This document shows positions 1 to 12,755 of a DNA stretch of 64,000 bases, one piece after another. Each line of letters begins with the position of its first letter. Within the stretch, counting starts at the first letter, position 1. Made by a program: the position numbers and the translations under genes. The stretch spans positions 12,338,001 to 12,402,000 of the forward strand of contig NC_047030.1 in the NCBI RefSeq assembly GCF_902652985.1, given 5' to 3'. This DNA comes from Pecten maximus (Eukaryota). The notes under the pieces were generated by a model that did no database searches, had not been told where the DNA came from, and saw only the letters and a program-made list of their open reading frames with translations.

Positions 1-459
1 AAATGTTATTAGAAGGTGGTGACAAAAAGATGTCATTTCTCTGTTTCCTATTGCCTATTTCCTATTTTCAAAATATCGTGCTCTCACGCGATCTTTCATT
101 CTAGTGTGGTCATGTGATCTTTCAATCTCGTACAGTCACGTGATCTCTAAACTCCCCCTACCACGCGATATTTCAATCTCTATCTAACACTTAATCCCTT
201 AATTTCTATTAGTACCCATTATATAGTACACATGTACGTCATCTCTCAATATTAATTTTGTCTCATGACCGCTAAATCAATTCCGGTCATATGACCTCTC
301 AATATCCACCAGACGCAACCTCTTTCGAATCCCACCTGGCACGCGATCTCGTAATATCCACCAGTCAAATCATCTCAGTTTCAATCTATCACTTATCTGA
401 TCTCTAAATATCTTTCTGTCAGATGATCTAACAATATCCACATAATATCTCGTTTGCCA

Positions 460-1005
460 TCTGTCGCGTGATCTCTTAATCTCTACCTGTAACGTGATCT
501 CTCAGACTCTATCTGTCACGTGATCTCTCAATCTCTATCTGTCGCGTGATCTCTTAATCTCTACCTGTCACGTGATCTCTCAGACTCTATCTGTCACGTG
601 ATATCTCAAATCTACACCTGTCACGTGATCTATCAGACTCTATCTGTCACGTGATCTCTCAATCTCTACCTGTCGCGTGATCTCTTAATCTCTACCTGTC
701 CCGTGATCTCTCAGTCTCTACCTGTCGCGTGATCTCTCAATCTCTACCTGTCGCGTGATCTCTCAATCTCTACCTGTCGCGTGATCTCTCAATCTCTACC
801 TGTCCCGTGATCTCTCAGTCTCTACCTGTCGCATAATCTCTCATTCTCTACATGTCGCGTGATCTCTCAATCTCTACCTGTCGCGTGATCTCTCAATCTC
901 TACCTGTCGCGTGATCTCTCAATCTCTACATGTCGCATAATCTCTCATTCTCTACATGTCGCGTGATCTCTCAATCTCTACCTGTCGCGTGATCTCTTAA
1001 TCTCA
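460..1005. repeat. 26-bp minisatellite (tctacctgtcgcgtgatctctcaatc), decaying towards ~80
   Basis: About 20 tandem copies. Confidence 0.92.
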
Positions 1006-2127
1006 AATAGTCACAGAATATCTCAATGTACATATGTCACATAATCCTTCGTTTTCCACAAGTCACATGATCTCAAAATCTTCACTTCGCAAATCATCTC
1101 TCATTCTCAATCTTTTACCTGCTATACCACGTGACGACACCTGTAAAACACATGCAAGTGCGTACGTATATGCAATATCAGAAAGCTAACGATATCCTGA
1201 ATGAAAGGAAACTCGTGTGGTCTGTAAATATTGTTATCGATATTCAGTCTTTTAAGCACAACTAACGATAAAAACGTAGATAAAATGTGTACAAAATAAA
1301 TTTGATTGACGTATAATTAAGTCGATAACATTGACAATCTCCAAAATAAAATGCATGTTATAACGACCAAATGGAAGTTCTATGTATCATTCTTATGACA
1401 CACGATCATTGAAAATGTCAAATAATGTTATGTTTCGCCATTAATAATTCAATGGTCTACACACATCAATAAATATAATGTGATTTCTCACATTTAGCGG
1501 GAGTTCCCCCAGGAAAAGCAACTTTGATATAGTTTTACATAAAATAGATTACACGATGAGAGAAATCAAAACCAAGGTCATTGTGTACAATCTCTATCGA
1601 TCAAGCTGGGATTTTAATTTTATTATTTTTTCAAATTTCATCAATTTACACCACTGCTATTATTCAAATTCAACATTAATGGAGTTAAAATACATTTGGG
1701 TCTTAACTTACGTCAGTGATTGACGTATAATGGACCCGGCCCGAAAAATCATGGACGGCGGAGCAATCCCCGAATTATTGTATAAGCCTGGGGTACACAT
1801 CCACAGATTAGATGTCCCCTGTCATAAGTCCCAGTGACGTCAAACAGTTTTTTGAAAACAACGAAGAAATTTTTTTTCACAGATCTCAAAATTCTATTAC
1901 ACCCTTACAACCTCGCACTTAATGTCTAAGGGCAAATTAATCAAGACTGATTTGGTCTTGTATCAGGGGATTCAGTAGACTTATTTTCCATTACAATGCT
2001 GTTAATGTCGTTGTTATGGTGTGTCTGTATATATTATTATTATAAAAGGATACCGGCCATCTATCTTGTTAACCATCAACAGTAACAGCTGATACATGTT
2101 ATACAAGGAAAGTTTATCATTGAACCG

Positions 2128-2225
2128 CAATCGGAAAACCACTCGGGCCTTTCCGTCATATCTTCGGAAAACACCGACTGTTTTTCGGAAGATATGACGG
2201 AAAGGCCCGAGTGGCTCTCCGATTG
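2128..2225. repeat. ~100-bp palindrome/hairpin, probably within a small non-autonomous element (~2043-2352)
   Basis: 2139-2165 is the exact reverse complement of 2188-2214; outer CAATCGGA/TCCGATTG also pair. Confidence 0.85.
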
Positions 2226-4309
2226 GTTTGACCGATCTCGTCACAACTCGGCGGATTCCGTGCTGAAGAAAGGAGCTGCAGCTGAAGCTGGAGCAATTAG
2301 AGATTACCCGATATGCTTCAAATCGATATGAAATAATAATAATAAATCCTTTGAAATAGTGGAAATCCCCGAAAAGTTTTTGAATTTTTGAGTCTGGGGA
2401 CGCCAGTGAGCAGTTATGCATATAAGTGAGTGTCCTAAATTTCGTAAATTAACAAGTGTGCTCTCAATCGTCGGAGTTTGCCAACATAGAAATGCTAAAA
2501 CGGACTTGTCCGACTCAGGTGCCATTTCCGGCTCAAGTGCTAAATCCGGCTCAGGTGCTACATCTGGCACCGGCTAAGTATGATTTTAATAAAGACGCTT
2601 ACTTTCCTGGGACACCTGGTCTTATTCTCCTTTTCAAATGCCTTCATGTAAATCTGTTTTTATATGTTCGTATTTTGCCCTCGGTTTTATCGACGTCGAG
2701 TTAGAGACACGAGTTCGTTATTATGTCGGTATTCTCTGTTCGATTTTTGTTTCTAATTAGATTGAGGCAAGAAGGGTGTTCAACTTACGGCTCCCCGACC
2801 AGAGATAAAGCCCTAATAAACAGACAGATGACGTTTCTGGTAGATTTTGAATCGTATTCAGAGGATAATCCAACAATAAGGTTGTCTAAAACTCAAAGCC
2901 ATACAGATGTCGGAGCTCGTGTCAACCTGTCTAACGAAAACGAATACTCCAACAGATTTAAGGTTTTCGTCAAAAGTTAACGAATATTGGAACTGCCAGA
3001 AAGACCTTTACCCATGCCATATAGAGTGATCCCTTGGACATGCTGCCCGGACAGATTTCCTTAATACATTGTATCGAGTAGTTACTACAGGTCATCACAA
3101 TACACAACCTGAGTAGTTACTACAGGTCATTACAATACACAACCTATCAACTCCAAGGACGGACTCACTCTGAAATCTAATCAAACCGCGCGCTCTGTTC
3201 CCAGAGCTACATCCTCTAACAGATACCACAATGCCAGTGTTGTCTTGTAACCTTCAAATTCTGAGAAAAATATCAAATGAAGCATATCATCTCTGGGTTT
3301 ACAAGCTTTCTATCTCAATCTGGCTGGTCGAGACTTGGACCCAAACAACACCATTACTCCATCGCCCATTCGCGATATCGCTCAAAATGACACAAAGCAA
3401 AGAATTCTGTTTTATTTTTATCACAGTTATCGTAGCAATCCTTTTACAAATGCTGCATTTCAGGTTTGAGTCGTAAACATTTCGTTATTTAAGCAATGAA
3501 CAGTAGTTTTGATGTTGTTATAGTCAATATGGCAGCAAGATGTATGGTGGGCAAATGCAGCATGGGCACCCACTGTTTAATACTTATATTTACATTGTAC
3601 ATGCTTACCATTTTCGTCAACTTTGAAAAAAAAACTAAACCAACCAACAAACAAAAAAATCCCGCCTTTTTTAATGTCACATGACCCACTGGGTGTTATA
3701 GCCTGAGGCGCTGGGTGTTATAGGCGTATGGTGGCAACTGCCTCTTAGCATTGTGTCAATGAGGAAATGCGGAGCAAATGTAAATACTGTCATTATTATG
3801 TAAGAAATATATAAATTAAATTTTGGCACTATCATGTACAAAAACAAATCTAAACTAAAACGTTATGAAAGAAGCGTTCGATAGGGCTTGCCAATTTTGA
3901 GAAATACGCTCATTATAACTTTTCAAGTTCTATGGCAACGTAATCTCCGTTTCTTAATGCTACATATTTTAATCTGATATTTATGAAGATTAATTGGAAT
4001 TTTTAAATAACGCATAATAAAATTTAAATGTTAATTTGTGCAAATCATGGTAAAAATGGGAGTTTCCGCTCAAATAATGAAGATTGGTCGGTGCAAAGGA
4101 GAATGAATTTACTTAGTAGCAAACATTTGAACATTTTATCTGTTATTATTGTGTTTAAAGCATCTATTTAAACATGCTATTTTTCTTCATCCCGTACAAA
4201 ACCGTCATTCCAAACTTTAGAAATGAAACAGTTCTCTTGCAATGAGAGATTTCGTTTTCAAGAATGGCGAAAGACCACACGGTAGATTATACCGGAGTGA
4301 TCAAAGCGT

Positions 4310-5235
4310 GTACGTAACGGCGCAGCAACATGTAGGAGTCATAATGGTCAAACGGAGCGTAACGGCCCAGCAACATGTAGGAGTCATAATGGTCAAACTG
4401 TGCGTAACGGCCAAACAGCATCTAGTTGTCATACTCATAAAGGTCTAACGGAGCGTAACGGCCAAACAACATCTAGTTGTCATACCCATAAAGGTCTAAC
4501 GGAGCGTAACGGCCAAACAACATCTAGTTGTCATACCCATAAAGGTCTAACGGAGCGTAACGGCCAAACAGCATCTAGTTGTCATACCCATAAAGGTCTA
4601 ACGGAGCGTAACGGCCAAACGACATCTAGTTGTCATACTCATAAAGGTCTAACGGAGCGTAACGGCCAAACAGCATCTAGTTGTCATACTCATAAAGGTC
4701 TAACGGAGCGTAACGGCCAAACAACATCTAGTTGTCATACCCATAAAGGTCTAACGGAGCGTAACGGCCAAACAGCATCTAGTTGTCATACCCATAAAGG
4801 TCTAACGGAGCGTAACGGCCAAACAGCATCTAGTTGTCATACCCATAAAGGTCTAACGGAGCGTAACGGCCAAACAACATCTAGTTGTCATACCCATAAA
4901 GGTCTAACGGAGCGTACGACCAAACAGCATCTAGTTGTCATACCCATAAAGGTCTAACGGAGCGTAACGGCCAAACAGCATCTAGTTGTCATACTCATAA
5001 AGGTCTAACGGAGCGTAACGGCCAAACATCATCTAGTTGTCATACCCATAAAGGTATAACATAGCTAACGGCACAGCAATATGTAGGAGTCATACTCATA
5101 AAGGTCTAACGGAGCGTAACGGTCCAGCAACAGGTAGGAGTCATACTCATAAAGGTCTAACGGAGCGTAACGGCCCAGCAACATGTAGGAGTCATACTCA
5201 TAAAGGTCTAACAGAGTATAGCGGTCCAGTAACAT
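4310..5235. repeat. 51-bp minisatellite
   Basis: aacggagcgtaacggccaaacagcatctagttgtcatacccataaaggtct in tandem; explains ORF 4400..4957. Confidence 0.95.
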
Positions 5236-6370
5236 CTACTCATAAAGGTATAATAGAGTTATGAACGGGAAAGTAGCAAAAACCATAAATGAGTGGTTTC
5301 AAAATATACATAGTATAAAAAAAGTTGCACTCAGACACACTGTGTGCAACAAGAGGTCAACAAAAATGACAACAGCGTAATACAAGAAATAATTATGTAC
5401 AGAATAGTGAAACACATATTTCTGATATACATGTATTTAGATAATTTTTTTTATTATACGGTATAAACCACACAAAAGTAGGTTAAATACAGGATGATAT
5501 ATTCAACCATATAAATAGTTGATATAGCATACTATGGGCTTAGTATATTGTTTAACTACACACACATGTATGTTTTGGAATACATGTATATTATTTCAGT
5601 AATTTTACAATACATACTTTTTACGAATTTGTTTGAAAATCACATATCATTTTTAAATGTCTTTCTAGTAATTGGATGAACATGGAAAGATTTGATAATA
5701 CATTATACTCTAACATTGGATAATAATCCTTTCATTTTATGAATAGACTTGCATATATGTATATATATTTGAGCATATATTTGACGTTCCAGTCATCGCC
5801 CTGAACTACAATGTATACCAGGGTATTACCGGTTCTGAATTTACATATACTTATTCTACCATTTTACATAGGTAAAGCTAAATATTTTTCAATCTGAAAC
5901 TGGTGTTTAAAAACTGCATAATTATGATCAGCATATCACTGTTGTATAAATTGATCTTGTAGAATGGTTTTTAACGAACTTTGAGGTATTCTTCGGCAAC
6001 CATACATATCCATTTGAAATCAGCAAAATCATTTACACTGTACATTAAAAAGTCTTCTAAATCATTACATATATAAAATGGGGAGAGATTTCCCCCTTGT
6101 TTTACCCGACATGACATGTGAAGAAATCGGTGATACTATTGCTAGTTTTTACACATGATTTAGTGTTGTCATAAAGACCAATTATTGCATTAAATATTTC
6201 CCCCGTAATATTGATTTTTAACAATTTCTTCCATAAACCTACCCTCCAAACAGTATTGAACGTTTTTCTGAAGTCCATAAATGAACAAAATAGCTTATTA
6301 TTATTTTTGGAAAGGTATATAGATATTAAAACGTGAAGGATAAAAAACTTTTTCTAAGGCCACCTTGGAC

Positions 6371-6569
6371 ATTTGGTTTGTTTTTGTTTAACGTCCTATT
6401 AACAGCCAGGGTCATTTAAGGACGTGCCAGGTTTTGGAGGCGGAGGAAAGCCGGAGTACCCGGAGAAAAACCACCGGCCTACAGTCAGTACCTGGCAACT
6501 GCCCCACGTAGGTTTCGAACTCGCAACCCAGAGGTGGAGGGCTAGTGATAAAGTGTCGGGACACCTTAA
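6371..6569 (-). mobile_element. tRNA-derived SINE with V-domain-like core, 5' truncated
   Basis: Minus strand carries a B-box GTTCGAAACC, core ggtttttctccgggtactccggctttcctcc and tail gacgttaaacaaaaacaaacc; near-identical to 27649-27847. Confidence 0.85.
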
Positions 6570-6629
6570 ATATTTGACAGAGACAAGAGACTAGTGTAAT
6601 TGCTCAATAGTTATCGAGGTCATCCTTCT

Positions 6630-8046
6630 TTTTAGTCCCCTGCCGTTTGAAAAACGGGGGGACTATAGGTTTACCCTCCGTCTGTCTGTCTGTCTGTATG
6701 TCCGTCTGTCTGTCTGTCACGCAATAGTTGTCCGGACAACTCCTTCTAAAGTACTACTCCGATTTTAATGAAACTTGGTATACATGATCAGTATAACATG
6801 TAGTTGTGCATCCCACATTTTTTTTTCTCGAAAAACCAATTTTCAAAATGGCCGCCGACTTCTCATTGGTTCAGACTTGTCCGGACAACTCCTTCTAAAG
6901 TACTACTCCGATTTTAATGAAACTTGGTATACATGATCAGTATAACATGTAGAGGTGCATCCCACATATTTTTTTCGAAAAACCAATTTTCAAAATGGCC
7001 GCCGACTTCTCATTGGTTCAGACTTTTCCGGACAACTCCTTCTAAAGTACTACTCCGATTTTAATGAAACTTGGTATACATGATCAGTATAACATGTAGT
7101 TGTGCATCCCACATTTTTTTTTTTAAATTCATTTTTCAAAATGGCTGCCGGCTTCTCATTGGTTGAGGCTTGTCCTGACAACTCCTTCTAAAGTACTACT
7201 CTGATTTTAATGAAACTTGGTATACATGATCAGTATAACATGTAGTTGTGCATCCCACATTTTTTTTTCTTCAAAAATTCATTTTTCAATATGGCTGCTG
7301 GCTTCTAATTGGTTGAGGCTTGTCCGGACAACTCCTCCTAAAGTACTACTCCGATTTTAAGTTAACTTGGTATACATGATCAGTATAACATGTAGTTGTG
7401 CATCCCGCATTTTTTTTTCTTCAAAAATTCATTTTTCAATATGGCTGCTGGCTTCTAATTGGTTGAGGCTTGTCCGGACAACTCCTCCTAAAGTACTACT
7501 CCGATTTTAACGAAACTTGGCATTCATGATCAGTATAACATGTAGTTGTGCATCCCGCATTTTTTTTTTTTAGAAAAACCAATTTTCAAAATGGCTGCCA
7601 ACTTCTCATTGGTTGAGGCTTGTCCGGACAACTCCTCCTAAAGTTCTACTCCGATTTTAACGAAACTTGGCATTCATGATCAGTATAACATGTAGTTGTG
7701 CATCCCGCATTTTTTTTTTCGAAAAACCAATTTTCAAAATGGCTGCCAACTTCTCATTGGTTGAGACTTGTCCGGACAACTCCTCCTAAAGTACTTCTCC
7801 GATTTTAACGAAACTTCGTACACATGATCAGTATAACATGTAGTTGTGCATCCCAATTTTTCTTTTCGAAAAAAAACATTTTTCAAAATTGACGCCGGCT
7901 TCTCATTGGTTGAGGCGTGTCCGGACAACGAAACTTGGTATATGTCATCAGTATAACACGTAGTTTAAAAAATGGGAAATAAAAAGTTGCACTCCTGGTT
8001 CAGGCAGGAGACTTTGTATTACTGTTGCAATACTATCCATCCTTGT
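6630..8046 (+). mobile_element. Non-autonomous Helentron-associated element (HINE/DINE-1-like) with internal ~149-bp tandem array
   Basis: subTIR agtcccctgcc 6634-6644 vs ggcaggagact 8003-8013; 5' hairpin tagtcccc..ggggacta; (GTCT)n microsatellite; 8 x ~149-bp units; 3' stem-loop gtattactgttgcaatac; T-rich flanks. Confidence 0.85.
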
Positions 8047-8424
8047 TTTTTTTAACACAGCCCGAGTTAATCAAAGTGCCGAGGCCACTTATAGGTGCTG
8101 TGCATGAGGGATTGAAATACAGGAGAAAAGCAAATATTATATAAATATAAAATGTCATGTAATATTATAGAAGACATTTTTATTGTTTTTGAAGTGCATT
8201 TCAGAATATTTTACTGATGAGTGTCATTTTTAAGGAATTTTATTTACTTAAAAAAGGCTCTAGTTGCGTTAAATTTGTGCTTAACAGTGATCGAAGAATT
8301 ACGTTTTTAAACCTCACTTATAAGATATATCGACCTCGCCGTTACTATTACTTCGTTTTGATTTCAAATGTTCAATTTATATACATTATAACTCTTCTTT
8401 AGGACTTTTTTTATATTCCCTAGC

Positions 8425-8695
8425 TTATGTTTTCATATTTCGTCTATTGATATCAGTTTTGTGACTTGTGTATATACTTTTAGCATCATGGAAGTCTCGC
8501 CTTCTGGTGGCACACTCAGCTGTAAACCACGGTTTGTTATTAGACATTATTTGTATTCTAGGGCGATTTTTTTGGTATCGAGCTGCCGTTTTGAATAGAT
8601 TAGATACTTGGTTAACTACCTCATTCACTTCAAATTTACTAACAGAAGCCTTTTCCGACAAAACATTGAGTTTAGTATTTATAGAATTTAATTGA
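8425..8695 (-). mobile_element. LINE (non-LTR) ORF2 fragment, endonuclease-RT linker
   Basis: NKPWFTAECATRRRDFHDAK fits the KPWF..EC...R..F..A+ motif typical of LINE ORF2 linkers. Confidence 0.65.
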
Positions 8696-8841
8696 TCAGT
8701 AGAACAATTGTGTACTTCATTTGCAATCTACGTCATCACCATTTTTTCAACAAACCTTGAAGTGTAAAGATGATTCTACAATATATGTCGGAGAAGGTTC
8801 AATCAAAATCAATAACTTCAAAGTCGTGTAAAAAAGTAAAG

Positions 8842-9205
8842 GTTCTTGATACAATAGAAGCGTCTCTGTACACCCCCCCCCCCCCCCCCCCCCGTCTTGA
8901 TACAATAGAATCTTCCCTGTACCCCCCAGTCTTGATACAATAGAATCTTCCCTGTACCCCCAGTCTTCATACAATAGAATCTTCCCTGTACCCCCCAGTC
9001 TTGATACAATAGAATCTTCCCTGTACCCCCCAGTCTTCATACAATAGAATCTTCCCTGTACCCCCCAGTCTTGATACAATAGAATCTTCCCTGTACCCCC
9101 AGTCTTCATACAATAGAATCTTCTCTGTACCCCCGTCTCGATACAATAGAATCTTCCCTGTACCCCCGTCTCGATACAATAGAAGCTTCCCTGACCCCCC
9201 AGTCT
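8842..9205. repeat. 33-35-bp minisatellite with C-runs (gtcttgatacaatagaatcttccctgtacccccca)
   Basis: About 10 copies, including a C21 run. Confidence 0.92.
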
Positions 9206-9477
9206 AAGGTGTATACATTAACAGTCGACTTCTAGCTCCTTTGGCCTTTCTAAACTCACGGCTACCGGGCTACCGCAGCCTTAGGCTGCTACCGGCATAA
9301 ATGTTGACTGTTTATGACGGATGGTTAATGAGATACACAAGTATGACATCATGGCCAGGAAGGAGGGTTTATGAGTTGCAGAGGTATGATATCATGACCG
9401 GGAAGAAGCACAAAGTCATAACTATACCTATCAACATCACAAAGAACAACCAAAAGAGGAGACAGTTTTACATATAC

Positions 9478-9483
9478 TTTATT
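9478..9483 (-). terminator. Polyadenylation signal AATAAA
   Basis: tttatt on +, followed on the minus strand by a GU/U-rich element (tcttttggttgttctttgtgatgtt). Other AATAAA hexamers exist upstream, e.g. near 10323. Confidence 0.5.
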
Positions 9484-9537
9484 TCCCACCACTTGGGTGG
9501 ATTAATGTTTCATTAGAATTAGGCAAATCATCAATAA

Positions 9538-9937
9538 GTAATGACACAGGACTTTGTCAACTGACCAGCGTCCTTAGTAATGACACAACACAGGACCTAG
9601 TCAACTGACCAGTGTCCCTAATAATGACACAACAGAGGACCTAGTCAACTGACCAGCTTCCCAAGTATTGACATGACACAGGACCTAGTTAACATGATCA
9701 GCATCCCAAGAAATGACACAGGACCTTGTCAACTGACCATTGTCCTAAGTAATGACACAGCACTTGACCCTGAGTCCTGAGTAATGACACAGGATCTTGT
9801 TAATTGATCAGTATCCTCAGTAATGACACAGGACCTTGTTAACTAACCAGCATCAAGATAAATGACACAGGACCCAGTCAATTGACCAGTATCCCACATA
9901 ATGACACAGGACCTTGCCAACTGGCCAGCGTCCCTTT
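9538..9937. repeat. Degenerate ~39-bp tandem repeat (aatgacacaggaccttgtcaactgaccag...) in the distal 3' UTR
   Basis: About 10 diverged copies. Confidence 0.85.
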
Positions 9938-12662
9938 AATGATGTTATATGATTACAGCACTACACCTAGGTCACACCACAGGTATATAAATATATTGCA
10001 GACTACTGGCATTGCTAAAAGACATTCTGGTCATTCAGAAGGTAGTGGCAGTAATGAAACATATATTTATATGTTATACTAACAAGGCTTTCAAAGATGT
10101 TTTAATGTTAGAAATCTTCAAATATGCCTGCTTTGAAAGTGTAAATGTACACAAGTTTAAAGCATGTTTACTCCAGAACTGATGTGAAGAAACAAATACA
10201 TCACTTTTACAATCTCCTTCAATACAATAATTCTAGACACCACTTTACAAGACAACAGAAGTGTTAAAATGCTATTATTTAAACATGTCTGTTTTAATGT
10301 CGGAAGTGCTCTCAATAAATTTTTTATTGAGAATGCCAGCAAGAAATAGTTTGCTAATCCTCGGTTTTGAATTGGCTGTTTCAGGATATGTTCAGAAAAA
10401 TGTTACACCATGTATAATTCAATTTATTTCCTACAATCAACATCCTGTGTGAAAAATTGCTGCCTTGGCTCCCCTGTTTGACCAGAATGTCCTTCAGCAC
10501 TAATACTATACTGGGGTTTACTGGTAACACCGCAGTACACGTCACAATACAAACATAGCAAATCTCTGGGGTTCTGTTTGTTACCAGCTCTCTCTATTTA
10601 CATCGGAAGTAAACGCTAAATGTCATCCACATAACATCGGATACTCTCCGACAAACATGGTGTCCCCTGTACTAATAATCAAAATTCATTACCAATAATT
10701 TACAAAGATAAAAAAAAAATAATACAAAACTTATTTCTTTGCATTTTTGTAAGCAACTTCATACAATATGCTCCAGTACAGGAAATATCCCTATATCCAA
10801 CTGGTTTTGCAGCTTTTCAACTTTGATCTTTGATCAACATGTTGCTAATTTTCAGTAAAGCTATCAACATTTTTTCAGGATATTTGTGTATTTATATATA
10901 TATATTGTCATGGTTAAAAGATACAAATTGATCCCCAGACTGGAGACACCACTACCGTACCTACAGGAAGGTGGCCAATGGAATGTTCATGTCAGCTACC
11001 TCATAATCCTCCTTCACACTCAGGAGAGAGACTAAGGGGAGACAACCTACCTGTACTTTACATGCTAGAAGATTTAGTTGTATCAAACGGTTTTTTTCTG
11101 TATGAATAAAACATTATGAAGAAAAGATTCCAGTATGAAATCTTGGTCGCTCTTCTTATTGCGAAATTTCACATAAATATTCTTTTAAAACTGCTGTTTG
11201 AAATACTTTTCAAATTCTTGTCATATTTATCATGAGGATGGCACCATTTCTAGGGAAATAAATAAACTCGATGAAATTAAGAAATTCTGAATCCTTATTG
11301 AACTATGGCTTGACTTAATGTTTGGTTCTTATATGTAGTTCAACAAAGCAGTATGCTTGACTAAAGCCTTACACAAAAAGTTAACGAACATATTTTAATT
11401 AATTAGCAAAATATTGAACTAGAGGTTGGTAACCCTACAACATCATTCCCTGAAACTTCTACTACTAAAGGCTATATAATATATCAAGGAGAATAGATAG
11501 TGGTGTGCTGCCATATATACTGTGGATGTGGGCTTACCTCCCTTTGTTCTGAACTCTCACACTCTTGTCACAAATTACAAGTGTATCTGTAAATAACCTC
11601 TCTCTCTCTCTTTCTCTCTCTCTCGAACACATGACTAAAACAAACACTCCCTTCTCATACAATTAATTGTTCACTCTCTAAAATGATAATTCTCCTTGTT
11701 GCATTGATCATGATCTATTGATAGTCTGTTTTATTTTGACTCTCAGACGCCCATTGCTGAAAATGTTGACAGATGATATAAACATCATCAAAGATAAACA
11801 TGATCAGCGAAAAAAGTCACGAGTCCACTTGGTCCAGTCACATGATCACATACAATGTGGTCACATGACTATATACCGGATTGTCACATGACCTAACAAA
11901 CGCTCAGAAATGCATCATTCCTCACACTCTAACTCATGCATACCTCAAACAATTGTTTATAAATTACAAAATGTAAACACAGCATGAGCATATATGAAAA
12001 TGTCACAAAGAAAATCAAAATAGCCACATAATACTGTACAATGGAATTTGCCTGTTAACAGAAGGATATACCCTCTCCCATATGATACTGGGCAAGGAAT
12101 CCCACTTTTTATTCATTTAAATATGTTTCATTTTCACAAAAAATCTATACAAAATTGAAGATTGCACAAGGATTGGCAGACCTTGAGAGATCATGCCACT
12201 GATGTGGCCACATTGTTCAGGCGTTGTCCATTAGGTCACCAGAGCCACCCACACGTGCCTGGGGCCACACCCCTCATAGTCTGGGGCCACATATAACACA
12301 TGGGTCCTGCCCATAAAAGTCTTGAGCAAGCCCAAGAGGAAAACACCAGGATTTCATTAATAGTCTCCTCCCCTTCCTGATTGTCAGAGTTACAATCAAA
12401 CTCCACAGAATATGGACACAAAATTGTCTCCCTTTTCTCACGAGAAATAATGCTTCAACCATGAAAACTAATTATTCACACAAGTCGGTAACTGCTGCCA
12501 CTGTGACAACACATGCTGAACTACCCTCTTAAAGAAAGGTATGTTGTGTGTTGTCAAATATCATACGTTTACTTCTATACACGCCTGTGGGTTCTACACA
12601 ATCATCACAACCAAGGTCATAAGGTCATACAACGGTAGCCATGGAGATCACAGTGGGGGAGG

Positions 12663-12755
12663 TCAATGGTGGAGATGACCTCCAGGACCAAAGCGTTCAC
12701 GATCCATAGCTAGCTGACGTTGTATCGCCTCCTGGTGAGCAGCCTGGGCAGACAG
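12663..12755 (-). CDS. RERE: RERE last coding exon ([30 protein letters not shown])
   Basis: ctctctttgtag| acceptor, phase 0, TGA at 12663-12665; resembles the atrophin C-terminal SA..Q...LQRLA motif. Confidence 0.9.
   Translation of the reverse strand: MSAQAAHQEAIQRQLAMDRERFGPGGHLHH

Larger units (their letters stand above)
9460..12662 (-). other. Probable ~3.2 kb 3' UTR of RERE
   Basis: Non-coding and few interspersed repeats; ends near an AATAAA. The extent is inferred. Confidence 0.5.

Noticed and set aside
3231-3476. Possible LINE endonuclease remnant (IWLVETW)
   Set aside because: A single short motif with no further APE motifs; not supportable without a search.
4400-4957. 185-aa ORF with 17-aa Cys/His repeats
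   Set aside because: A 51-bp tandem repeat with no splice or domain support.
8213-8240. Other CTGATGA occurrences as hammerheads (also ~60248, ~62769)
   Set aside because: No stem II followed by GAAA and NUH.
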